34,298 bases of DNA. It comes from Oligoflexales bacterium (lineage in GTDB: Bacteria > Bdellovibrionota_B > Oligoflexia > Oligoflexales > CAIYRB01). Location of the stretch: positions 1-34,298 of the forward strand of contig JBGSUI010000195.1 of NCBI GenBank assembly GCA_041736175.1, given 5' to 3'. A program made the position numbers and the translations under genes. The notes below the pieces were generated by a model. It saw only the letters and a program-made list of their open reading frames with translations. It did no database searches and had not been told where the DNA came from. This document shows positions 18,512 through 26,985 of this stretch, in pieces (within the stretch, counting starts at the first letter, position 1; the number at the start of each line of letters is the position of its first letter).

Positions 18512-20173
18512 TTAAGCGCTCCTTTGTTCTCTTAACTCACGCCGCAGGATTTTGCCGACGTTAGATTTGGGAAGGTCTTTTCTAAATTCTATGAGTTTAG
18601 GTCTTTTATAGTTGGTCAGGTTTTGATCGCAATAGTCCCTTAACTCCCGTTCAGTAAGACTAGGATCTTTTGGGACTACAAAAGCTTTAACCGCTTCTCC
18701 AGAGTTGTCATCGGGTATCGCGACGACCGCGCATTCTAAGACCTTGGGATGCGATGCAATGACTTCTTCAACTTCGTTTGGAAAAACATTAAATCCAGAT
18801 ACTAAAATCATATCCTTTTTGCGGTCTACAATAAAAAAGTACCCATCCCGGTCTCGTCGAGCGATATCACCAGTGTAAAGCCAACCTTCTTTGATCGAAT
18901 TTTTTGACTCTTCAGATTTGTTCCAGTAGCCAGCCATGACCTGAGGGCCTTTAATAATAAGCTCACCTATTTCTCCAATCGAAACTTCTTTTCCTTGTTC
19001 GTTGACGATTTTGGCTTGGGTTGAAGGCAAGGGTAGGCCAATCGAGTTGGTGTGAGGTGACCCTGTGAGGGGGTTGACGTGGGTGACAGGTGATGCTTCC
19101 GTTAGGCCAAAACCCTCAATGATTGGTTTCGATGTAATCGCCGTCCATTTTTTGTTGACGACTTCCTGGACCGCCATTCCGCCGCCTAATGCGATTTTAA
19201 GCGACCTTGGCGGATGTTTAGCGAACATTTCGTTGTTAACTAATGCATTAAATAATGTGTTGACTCCAGTCAGGATCGTGATGTTATATTTTCTAAAGAT
19301 TTTGACAACATTTGTAATTGGGATTGGTTTTGGAACCAAAATCATCCGGTGGCCCATTGTTAAAAATGTCAGAAAATTAACGCTAAGAGCAAAAATATGG
19401 TACAAGGGCAAAGCCGTTAAAACGCTTTCGTTACCATAGGTAATGTGACCTGCGGCTACTGCCTTTATCTGAGCAATATTGGAAAGGATGTTCTTTTGTG
19501 TAAGCATAGCACCCTTTGACAGTCCTGTGGTGCCACCAGTATATTGTAGCATCGCGAGATCAGATTGGGTGATTTCTGGGGGTATATGGGGTTTACGGGC
19601 TCCAAAGGCGAGCGCCTTCTTAAAAGACGTTACCTGAAGTCTGTGTTTGGGGATTTGCCCTTTGAGGGTCAACACAGCCTTAACAAGTAAGGATTTTAAG
19701 ATAGGCAACTGATCTCCAACAGAGGTTACCACAACGGTTTCGATATCCGTCTCTTTGAGAATGGCTTCAAGATTGTGAACAAATAAATCGATTATGACGA
19801 TGGCTTTTGCTCCACTGTCCTTGAATTGATGCTTCATCTCACGGGGAGTGTAGAGGGGGTTTGTACAGACACAAACCGCACCGAGCTTTTGAGCCGCAAA
19901 GAACGCAATCGGAAACTGCATAATATTAGGCAGCATAATAGCGATGCGATCGCCCTTTTTGATTTTGGCCACGTGCTGTAAGTAACTTGCAAAATGATTC
20001 GCGTATTGATCAAATTTGCGATAGGTTAAATTGGCGCCCATGCATGTTAATGCAATGTGGTCTGGGTACGTCTGGCACGCAGACTCTATGGTGTGAGCAA
20101 TGCCTTTTTCTCGTGAGATATCAATTTCGTATGGTACATTTGCCGGGTATGATTTAAGCCAGTCGTGTTGCAT
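18512..20173 (-). CDS. fadD: Long-chain-fatty-acid--CoA ligase
   Basis: WLKSYP start, LQYTGGTTGLSKGA, LPLYHIFAL, EGFGLTEASP, GWLYTGDI, DRKKDMILVSGFNVFP, SNVGKILRR; AGAGGAG RBS supports ATG20173. Confidence 0.95.
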   Translation of the reverse strand: MQHDWLKSYPANVPYEIDISREKGIAHTIESACQTYPDHIALTCMGANLTYRKFDQYANHFASYLQHVAKIKKGDRIAIMLPNIMQFPIAFFAAQKLGAVCVCTNPLYTPREMKHQFKDSGAKAIVIIDLFVHNLEAILKETDIETVVVTSVGDQLPILKSLLVKAVLTLKGQIPKHRLQVTSFKKALAFGARKPHIPPEITQSDLAMLQYTGGTTGLSKGAMLTQKNILSNIAQIKAVAAGHITYGNESVLTALPLYHIFALSVNFLTFLTMGHRMILVPKPIPITNVVKIFRKYNITILTGVNTLFNALVNNEMFAKHPPRSLKIALGGGMAVQEVVNKKWTAITSKPIIEGFGLTEASPVTHVNPLTGSPHTNSIGLPLPSTQAKIVNEQGKEVSIGEIGELIIKGPQVMAGYWNKSEESKNSIKEGWLYTGDIARRDRDGYFFIVDRKKDMILVSGFNVFPNEVEEVIASHPKVLECAVVAIPDDNSGEAVKAFVVPKDPSLTERELRDYCDQNLTNYKRPKLIEFRKDLPKSNVGKILRRELREQRSA

Positions 20174-20217
20174 CTTTGCTCCTCTTGAAAGGGGGCTATC
20201 CTTAGACTCAACATTAG

Positions 20218-20245
20218 GCATCGGTCTAAATTATCACGACCTTTA
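20218..20245 (-). promoter_or_regulatory. Putative sigma28 promoter for fadD-HDOD
   Basis: TAAA-N16-ACCGATGC on the minus strand, about 45 bp upstream of ATG20173. Confidence 0.55.
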
Positions 20246-20299
20246 CATGCCAGCCCATCAGTCACTAACAGGGCGCGAGGAAGGGACTTTAGGGGGACG

Positions 20300-20950
20300 A
20301 TGCAGCCTTTAGAATCAAACAACTTAAGAGAATCTTTAGATAAAAGGCGAAGAATAGTCTTGCCTCTAAGCCAAAGGGCATTAATAAAACTTTCTAACCT
20401 TGGGATCACTGTTGCGACAGCAGAAAGTTGCACAGGTGGACTCCTATCTGCTCTGCTGACAGAATATCCAGGAAGTTCAGCTATTTACAAAGGAGGAGTG
20501 GTTGCCTACGATAATCAGGTAAAGGTGCGGCTTTTGGGAGTCCCTACCGATATTCTAAATCAAAAAGGCGCCGTCAGTGAAGATATAGCGTCAGCCATGG
20601 CCCGTGGCTCTTTAGATCTGATCAAATCAGATCTAGCTATTGCAATCACAGGAATAGCAGGTCCCGGCGGGGGATCGCCTATGAAACCCGTAGGTCTTGT
20701 TTACTGTCATTGGGCTTTTAAAACCCCAGCTGTCGGCCGATGTTTTCAGGGAAATTCAGGGGCGGAAATGACGATTCCTGGTCTTAAGGTCAAGCGATCG
20801 GAACGTTTTCAAGATGCTTCAAATATTTCTTACGAACTCCTGATCCAAAACGAACAAGGTCAAATCGCTCCCGAGGATTTCAGAGCAACGATTCGGTGGA
20901 TGACATGCGAGTTTGTACTGGGGCTTTTGGCGCAGGATGTTTCTAGTTAG
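20300..20950 (+). CDS. pncC: CinA-family nicotinamide mononucleotide deamidase
   Basis: [42 protein letters not shown] motifs; stand-alone CinA C-terminal domain. Confidence 0.9.
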   Translation: MQPLESNNLRESLDKRRRIVLPLSQRALIKLSNLGITVATAESCTGGLLSALLTEYPGSSAIYKGGVVAYDNQVKVRLLGVPTDILNQKGAVSEDIASAMARGSLDLIKSDLAIAITGIAGPGGGSPMKPVGLVYCHWAFKTPAVGRCFQGNSGAEMTIPGLKVKRSERFQDASNISYELLIQNEQGQIAPEDFRATIRWMTCEFVLGLLAQDVSS

Positions 20951-20991
20951 GAAGTAGTCGATTAAACAATTATTCATTAAGGTACAAAATC

Positions 20992-21684
20992 ATGCACAAT
21001 ATTCAAAGTATAGTAGGTTGTTGGGTAACTCGTCTTTTGATCATTACGATCTCAATGAGTTCCCTAAATGTGATAGCCCAACAGCCGGTTAAAGGGGAAA
21101 TCAAGCCTCAAAACCTGACCCAGGAAGATCTTCGAACGATTCAAAAAACTCTCCACCAAGCGTCATCCGTAGAAATGGATTTTGTAATGACCAGGGTCAC
21201 GGGACTTAGAGGCTCTACAACCCAACGTCAAGGAAAAGCTTTGCTGATGAAGCCAAATAAGTTTAATTGGATGTTTGAAACTCCAGTCAAAGAATACAAG
21301 CTTTTCGATGGAGTGTCTTTTTATGACTACGACCCTACTAGTCAAACTGCTATAAAACTTACGACCACTGGAGAGATGACGGAACAGATTCGGCAGATTG
21401 TCGCAGTGGTTCTAGATTTCGATGCGTTGCTGAAGACTTACGACCTTGTTTCTGCCCAAAGAGTGGGACAGATGGTGTCTGCACGGCTTAAACCCAAGAG
21501 TAAAAAGACCTATACAGAAATCGGGCTGACCATTGACGAAAAATCGTCATCAGTCGTCGGCTTTTCGATGGTCATGGAAGGTAAGTCTCGGCTCGACTAT
21601 GTTTTTCAAAATGCCAAAAGAGGTCATTTAAAAAACGCGGATTTTAGCCTCCCTGCCCAAGTAAAGATCAATAAAGCTATTTAA
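20992..21684 (+). CDS. lolA: Outer-membrane lipoprotein carrier LolA-family protein
   Basis: Signal peptide; G.ALLMKPNKFNW...P, FDGVSFYDYDP and C-terminal FSLP pattern. Confidence 0.8.
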   Translation: MHNIQSIVGCWVTRLLIITISMSSLNVIAQQPVKGEIKPQNLTQEDLRTIQKTLHQASSVEMDFVMTRVTGLRGSTTQRQGKALLMKPNKFNWMFETPVKEYKLFDGVSFYDYDPTSQTAIKLTTTGEMTEQIRQIVAVVLDFDALLKTYDLVSAQRVGQMVSARLKPKSKKTYTEIGLTIDEKSSSVVGFSMVMEGKSRLDYVFQNAKRGHLKNADFSLPAQVKINKAI

Positions 21685-21834
21685 TTTAGAGTGTTGGTTG
21701 TAACTAAAGATAAAAAAATCAATTTGTAAACAAATAGTAAATAATTTAGTCAGTGTACCGACTATAAATTATTGTTATTGTCGATAAATTCGCCAATTTC
21801 TTTCATCCTCCAGAAAATACCGCAACATTTGATG

Positions 21835-21862
21835 TAAAGAAAATGCTCAATTTAGCCGATAG
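21835..21862 (+). promoter_or_regulatory. Putative sigma28 promoter for the sigma54 activator (second candidate at 21738-21764)
   Basis: TAAA-N16-GCCGATAG; upstream TAAA-N15-ACCGACTA. Confidence 0.6.
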
Positions 21863-21941
21863 GGAAAAAGTGTCGCCTGAATAATAGACAAATTGTACTT
21901 AGGTTGGTGAACATTTTCTGATTTTGTAAAGGAGTCTGACT

Positions 21942-23495
21942 ATGTCTGATAAAGTCCGTTGGAGTGAATTTGATAAATTGCATGTGATTAGAAGATTGCG
22001 CGAATTGGTTGGAAAGTGGTGGAAAATTCAAATTAATTTTACTGACACCAAGGGTCTTTTGAGGGGCGTCCCTGATGGGAAGTTTTTTAACCCCCTTAAC
22101 GCCATTTGCCAATCGGTCACCAACGACAGCAAGGGATTTGAAGCATGTCGAGGGACAGCCCGACAAACGACTGTGGATACAACCCGTTCGAAGGATGCGC
22201 GCCTAGGTCGTTGTCATGCGGGTTTTTCGACCATTACTGTGCCTATTCGGGTCGAAGGCAAGTATGTCGGCTGCGTGTTTGGGGATGGATTTGTGGCTCT
22301 AGATACAGCAGAAGAGCAAAAGTCCCGGATAAGACTTTATTTAGAGAGATCGTTTAGTAGCCAAGAGGCTGAGCTAATGCAATATGTCGAAGGCTTGCCG
22401 GTCTTGTCTGACAAGGATATTGCCTACCTGACAGAGCTGATTGAAATGGTGGTCGAAGAGATCATCATGTCACAAAAAAGAGTTAATGACGAACAGGAAA
22501 AAGTTGGCGAACTCTCAAAAGAGCTGGGTACCCGATACGGGTTCGATCGGATGATCGGGAAATCAGCTCCTATGCAAGACCTTTACCGACTTTTAGATCG
22601 CGTTTGCGATTCGGATGCGACTGTTTTAATCAATGGCGAAAATGGTACTGGTAAAGAATTAATTGCTAAAGCGCTGCATTATAACTCTCGTCGTAAAGAT
22701 AAAAAGTTTGTTATAGTCAACTGCGGTGCATTTAACGAAAACCTACTGGAAAGTGAGCTTTTTGGCCATGTTAAAGGTTCCTTTACGGGGGCAGTGCGGG
22801 ACAAGAAAGGCTTGTTTGAAGAGGCCGATGGTGGGACGCTTTTTCTAGACGAAATCGGTGAAACATCGCCAGCCATGCAGGTCAAAATGTTAAGAGTGCT
22901 CCAGGAGGGGACGTTCACTCCTGTAGGTTCTGTCCAACATCGAAGAGTCAATGTAAGGGTTTTGGCTGCGACAAACCGTGAGTTGCCAAAAATGGTCAAA
23001 GAGGGTTTTTTCAGAGAGGATCTCTACTACCGGTTAAAAGTGATCAACCTTACCGTTCCTCCTCTTAGAGAAAGAAAAGAAGACATCCCTCTCCTTGTAG
23101 AGCATTTTTTAACCAGATTTGCTAAGGAGAGTGGTCTTAAAAAAGTACCCTCTAGTGCTACCTTAGAAAGATTGATCAACCATGATTGGCCAGGAAATGT
23201 AAGAGAGCTTGAAAATGAAATAGAAAGAATCTGTGTTCTGTCCGGTGGAGATGCAGAAGTGGCACCAGATTTTTTAAGCCAGCATATTTTTGAAAATGCG
23301 AAAAACAAATACCCTGGCTACCGCGTCAATGGACGGCTCAAAGACTCGTTAGAGGAACTTGAAAAACAAATGATTCGAGAGGGGTTAGAGAGAACCCGGT
23401 GGAATAAGTCTAGGTTAGCCAAAGAGTTAGGAATCAGTCGGGCTGGACTTATTATGAAAGTCGAAAAATATGGACTTGATAAGCGTAGCGGCTAG
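21942..23495 (+). CDS. Sigma54-dependent enhancer-binding protein with N-terminal PocR sensor domain and Fis-type HTH
   Basis: PocR-type Cys pattern (IC...AC...RCHAGF...VPI.VEGKYVG); AAA+ motifs GENGTGKE, ESELFGH, GSFTGA, FLDEIG, WPGNVREL; HTH NKSRLAKELGISR; AAGGAG RBS. Confidence 0.93.
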   Translation: MSDKVRWSEFDKLHVIRRLRELVGKWWKIQINFTDTKGLLRGVPDGKFFNPLNAICQSVTNDSKGFEACRGTARQTTVDTTRSKDARLGRCHAGFSTITVPIRVEGKYVGCVFGDGFVALDTAEEQKSRIRLYLERSFSSQEAELMQYVEGLPVLSDKDIAYLTELIEMVVEEIIMSQKRVNDEQEKVGELSKELGTRYGFDRMIGKSAPMQDLYRLLDRVCDSDATVLINGENGTGKELIAKALHYNSRRKDKKFVIVNCGAFNENLLESELFGHVKGSFTGAVRDKKGLFEEADGGTLFLDEIGETSPAMQVKMLRVLQEGTFTPVGSVQHRRVNVRVLAATNRELPKMVKEGFFREDLYYRLKVINLTVPPLRERKEDIPLLVEHFLTRFAKESGLKKVPSSATLERLINHDWPGNVRELENEIERICVLSGGDAEVAPDFLSQHIFENAKNKYPGYRVNGRLKDSLEELEKQMIREGLERTRWNKSRLAKELGISRAGLIMKVEKYGLDKRSG

Positions 23496-23527
23496 TCTTT
23501 AAAATCAGCTTGAGTTTACGAAACGTC

Positions 23528-23577
23528 TCAAAAAGATGAGCCCCTTTCACATATCTGAAGGGGGCTCATCTTTTTGA
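23528..23577. terminator. Bidirectional intrinsic terminator
   Basis: 22-bp inverted repeat TCAAAAAGATGAGCCCCTTTCA / TGAAGGGGGCTCATCTTTTTGA (one G-U) with A/T tails, between convergent genes. Confidence 0.9.
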
Positions 23578-23582
23578 AGGCG

Positions 23583-23948
23583 CTACTTTTTGATAAGTTT
23601 ATCAAGAGGATTGAATATTTCAGATGCTTTAGGGCCATTTTTTTCCCAGGGGACGTAGTCGATAGTTGCTTGTCTCTCTATAAGTTTAATCTCTTTACCC
23701 TGCTTTTTTTTGTTAGATGAGTTGGTCCTATTAGGGACGATTTTAAGTAGGGGAACATCTTGAAAGGCTTTTATTGTAGGAGATTTAAAGATGATTTTTC
23801 TGGGAGACAGCTCCTTTTTAGTGAAAAAGACAATAAGTGGAATATCTCCTGATTTAGGCGGAGAGGGTTTTTGGGCTTGGGCCCAAAGATGACCCGCCGT
23901 CATGGAAATGATGGCGATTAGGATTCTGTAGGTATTCATATGTTTCAT
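23583..23948 (-). CDS. Hypothetical secreted basic protein
   Basis: Signal peptide (YRILIAIISMTAGHLWA-QAQ); Lys/Pro-rich; ends at the terminator. Confidence 0.65.
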   Translation of the reverse strand: MKHMNTYRILIAIISMTAGHLWAQAQKPSPPKSGDIPLIVFFTKKELSPRKIIFKSPTIKAFQDVPLLKIVPNRTNSSNKKKQGKEIKLIERQATIDYVPWEKNGPKASEIFNPLDKLIKK

Positions 23949-23954
23949 ACTTAT

Positions 23955-24034
23955 CTATCGGCATATCTTGCGAACTATTAAGCCTAAAGGTCGGCAGAAA
24001 ACGCGCCTTAATTGTCCTGTGCGAGTACCGATAG
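23955..24034. promoter_or_regulatory. Back-to-back divergent sigma28-like promoters
   Basis: Minus strand TTAA-N15-GCCGATAG (23981-23955); plus strand TTAA-N15-ACCGATAG (24008-24034). Confidence 0.6.
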
Positions 24035-24097
24035 AGGAGTTAGGTGGTGGCCCATGGGTAGGGAACGATCAGTAGGTATCATGCATAAAGGAAACAT

Positions 24098-24406
24098 ATG
24101 TCAGAAGATTTAAGACTCAAAATCTCGATGTTGGAGAGAACGGTGTTGGATTTGGGTGCTCAACTTTTCGAGCTTAAGGGAAGTTTTGAAAGATCAAAGG
24201 AGCAAAACCAAGCTTTTCAGGCGACCATTTATAGCATCAAGTCCTATTTAGATAAGGAAGGAATCATGTCCTTGGAAGTCTTTGACGAAGAAATGGCCTT
24301 GATTCAAGATACCGAACTGTCCCCGTCAGAGGATCTCGAAACCCCCAGGCATCAGTCTACTAAAGATGGTACAGCGAATAGCAAATGTCGCAAACAAAAG
24401 CACTAA
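24098..24406 (+). CDS. Hypothetical small coiled-coil protein
   Basis: AAAGGA RBS; heptad Leu pattern in the N-terminal half; acidic tail. Confidence 0.7.
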   Translation: MSEDLRLKISMLERTVLDLGAQLFELKGSFERSKEQNQAFQATIYSIKSYLDKEGIMSLEVFDEEMALIQDTELSPSEDLETPRHQSTKDGTANSKCRKQKH

Positions 24407-25185
24407 AATGTTGGTTGATTAAGCTGTTAATAGCCGCATCAAGCTGTTGGTTGGTCGCTATAGAACAAAGCTTAGGTGAGACCTACTCCCAACCCTATGA
24501 ATTTGATTTTTTCAGCGGGACGGCTCAGAACAGGTTTTTTCTGGTATGGGATTTGGACCAAAATATCCTGACAAGGATTGAAATTGTCGACAATGATTCA
24601 GACAAGACGATTCAAACCATTGATGTACAGGGGGAAGGGCTTAAGATAGATCTCCAGTTGTTGGCACCGCGAGGCAAGATCAAAGATGTTAAAGAACTTA
24701 GGGAAAAAATATTTGAATCAGTAGATTATAATTTCGATGGATTTGGCGACCTCAGACTTTTAAGGGAGTTTCCTGTCGATCCGGGAAAAAAGCGGTATAC
24801 GATTTATTTATATGATCCCAAAAAAAAGGTTTTTGAACGTCATAAAATCTTGAGCGAATTGGTCAATCCTAACCCAATCTACAGCCAGGATGGAAAAAAA
24901 CTAATCGAAAGTGAGGAACTGATTGATCCAGCCAAGCGACACTTTCAGCGAAAAATATACAGGATGAACAAAAACAATTTCCTAAGCCTTCAATATTTGG
25001 TCGACCAGCGGGTTACAGATCCCAAATCAAATATGTTTGAATACGCAGCCAAGGTCCAAAAGTCTCGAGGGCTCGTTGAAGTGTGTCGCTGGAGACGTGG
25101 TACCGAAGGTAAGATCCAGATCCTTAAGGGCAAAAGGGAAGGATGCCGAGACTACCTCAAGGAAATAGATTTTCTCGGCGAATAA
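24385..25185 (+). CDS. Hypothetical exported protein with DxNxDGxxD calcium-binding loop (XAC2610-like)
   Basis: Hydrophobic N-terminus; IQTI...DYNFDGFGDL...YTIYLYDPKKKVF...LSELVNP. Confidence 0.7.
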   Translation: MSQTKALKCWLIKLLIAASSCWLVAIEQSLGETYSQPYEFDFFSGTAQNRFFLVWDLDQNILTRIEIVDNDSDKTIQTIDVQGEGLKIDLQLLAPRGKIKDVKELREKIFESVDYNFDGFGDLRLLREFPVDPGKKRYTIYLYDPKKKVFERHKILSELVNPNPIYSQDGKKLIESEELIDPAKRHFQRKIYRMNKNNFLSLQYLVDQRVTDPKSNMFEYAAKVQKSRGLVEVCRWRRGTEGKIQILKGKREGCRDYLKEIDFLGE

Positions 25186-25244
25186 TTTTTAACCTTGTGG
25201 TATCCAGCATGCACCAAACGACCGAATGGGAGGGGAGGTGCGAG

Positions 25245-26183
25245 GTGACTGTAGCGATTCCTGTTTTAAGTCTTAACAGATATCTAAATGGTTCTAGGAC
25301 TGACAGAGAAGAATTTATTGGAAAGATGGGTGGAGCGCTTCAGGAAGTAGGGTTTTTCTCTGTTGTTGACCACGGCGTGGACCCCCAGTTGGTCCGTGAC
25401 GCCTACGGTCGGGCTGAAGCTTTTTTTACTCTGGCAGACTCCGTTAAAAGCCGCTACGAGGTAGAGCAGCTTGCTGGGCAAAGGGGATTTACTCGCTTTG
25501 GGCGTGAACGGGCCAAGGGAGCCTCGATACCTGACCTTAAGGAGTTTTGGCATGTGGGCCCCCTTGAGCCTTCTCAAGGAGATCGGGGAGCCGTCAATAT
25601 CTGGCCCGAGGAGGTGCCCGGATTTAGAGAGGCGTTTAGTGAACTCTACCGTCGCCTTGAGATTTGCTCCCGAACGCTCCTTGAAGCTTGCGCGCTTTAT
25701 ATCGGAGAGGCTCCGGATCGATTTAGCTCGATAGCCGAAGGTGGGGATAGTATTTTGCGAGTGATCCACTACCCTCCTCTGGAAGGCCACAGGGTTACGG
25801 GAGCCATGCGGGCTGCGCCCCACGAAGATATCAACCTGATTACGCTCCTCAGTGAAGCAACCAGTTCGGGCCTGGAGATTATGACGCCAGGGGGAGACTG
25901 GTTTCCAGTACCCTCCCACCCAGGACAGATTATTGTCGATACGGGTGATATGCTTCAAAATCTCACAAATGGCCTTTATAAAAGTACCACCCATCGTGTG
26001 GTCAATTCCGACAATACCCGAGAACGACGTTTTTCTATGCCTTTCTTTGTTCACCCCCACTCTCGGGCTGATTTGGGTCCTCTCCCCTCCTGTATTGAGA
26101 AGACGGGTAGAAAGAAGCTATATCGGGACCTCACCGCCGGGGAATTTCTGTCGGAAAGACTGGCGGAAATTGGGCTAAAGTGA
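25245..26183 (+). CDS. Isopenicillin N synthase-family 2-oxoglutarate/Fe(II) dioxygenase
   Basis: GFF.VVDHGV, DLKEFWH, LRVIHYPP, HED (HxD), HRVV and RFS (RxS); GGAGG RBS before GTG25245 (ORF track starts 25143). Confidence 0.93.
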   Translation: MTVAIPVLSLNRYLNGSRTDREEFIGKMGGALQEVGFFSVVDHGVDPQLVRDAYGRAEAFFTLADSVKSRYEVEQLAGQRGFTRFGRERAKGASIPDLKEFWHVGPLEPSQGDRGAVNIWPEEVPGFREAFSELYRRLEICSRTLLEACALYIGEAPDRFSSIAEGGDSILRVIHYPPLEGHRVTGAMRAAPHEDINLITLLSEATSSGLEIMTPGGDWFPVPSHPGQIIVDTGDMLQNLTNGLYKSTTHRVVNSDNTRERRFSMPFFVHPHSRADLGPLPSCIEKTGRKKLYRDLTAGEFLSERLAEIGLK

Positions 26184-26222
26184 AAAATCTTTAATCTTTC
26201 TGGACTCTGGGCTTGCAAAAGG

Positions 26223-26251
26223 TTGACCCCCTATACGAGGCAAAGTATTTT
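26223..26251 (+). promoter_or_regulatory. Putative sigma70 promoter for FKBP-alaS
   Basis: TTGACC-N17-TATTTT. Confidence 0.5.
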
Positions 26252-26331
26252 TCATAGGTTAAGAAAGCGGGAGGCAAAAGTACGAGGCCCGCGATTGAGA
26301 ATTGAGAAACTCTACAGGAGATCTAAGTCCC

Positions 26332-26982
26332 ATGAAAATCAAGTCTTATTTAAGCATCGCGTTGGTTTCGAGCATAACCCTCGTTGGTTGCGATAAATGC
26401 AGCGAAAAAAAGGACCAAGGTTCTAAGCCCCAGGCTACCACCGGTTCCACAGATTCCACCACAACAGGGACGATGACGTCGTCTTCGCCGGGAGATAAAC
26501 CAGTGGACGTAGGTTCGGCACCTGTGGACCCTGCGACAGAACAACCCTCGACCGGAGCTTCGACCAGCAGCCCGACCGGTGCTCCCACATCGAGTTCAAC
26601 AGAGACTTCAACTGCAACCTCAACCGGGGCTACCTCAACGGTTCCCCCAGCTCCAAAAGGTGAGCTGGTCATCACCGATGTAAAAGTAGGCAAAGGGCCC
26701 GAAGCGGTCGATGGCAAAAAAGTAACTGTGCACTATACTGGCACCTTAGAGAACGGCACAAAATTTGACAGTTCAAAAGATCGTGGCACCCCCTTTCCTT
26801 TTATCTTGGGATCTGGGATGGTGATTGCCGGTTGGGAAAAAGGGGTCATTGGTATGAAAGAGGGCGGTGTCCGCAAACTCGTCATTCCATCCCATTTAGC
26901 CTATGGTGAGCGAAGCGTTGGTGGAGTCATTCCTCCAAATTCAACGCTGGTTTTTGAAATTGAACTTTTAAAAGTTGAGTGA
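26332..26982 (+). CDS. FKBP-type peptidyl-prolyl isomerase lipoprotein with Ser/Thr/Pro-rich linker
   Basis: Lipobox LVG-C; VHYTGTL..GTKFDSS, VIAGWEKG, LAYG, IPPNSTLVFEIEL; AGGAG RBS before ATG26332. Confidence 0.95.
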   Translation: MKIKSYLSIALVSSITLVGCDKCSEKKDQGSKPQATTGSTDSTTTGTMTSSSPGDKPVDVGSAPVDPATEQPSTGASTSSPTGAPTSSSTETSTATSTGATSTVPPAPKGELVITDVKVGKGPEAVDGKKVTVHYTGTLENGTKFDSSKDRGTPFPFILGSGMVIAGWEKGVIGMKEGGVRKLVIPSHLAYGERSVGGVIPPNSTLVFEIELLKVE

Positions 26983-26985
26983 GAC

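Noticed and set aside
20174..20221. N-terminal extension of FadD from ATG20221
   Set aside because: That ATG lies inside the sigma28-like -10 box; the RBS and family start (WLKSYP) support ATG20173
25284..26060. Long antisense or alternate-frame ORFs (258 aa here; also 13573-14241, 27361-28074, 7758-8396, 31094-31594)
   Set aside because: All shadow well-supported genes and show no recognisable motifs, as expected from codon bias
26201..26217. Sigma54 promoter upstream of FKBP (TGGACTCTGGGCTTGCA)
   Set aside because: GG-to-GC spacing is 11, not the required 10; a sigma70-like promoter follows
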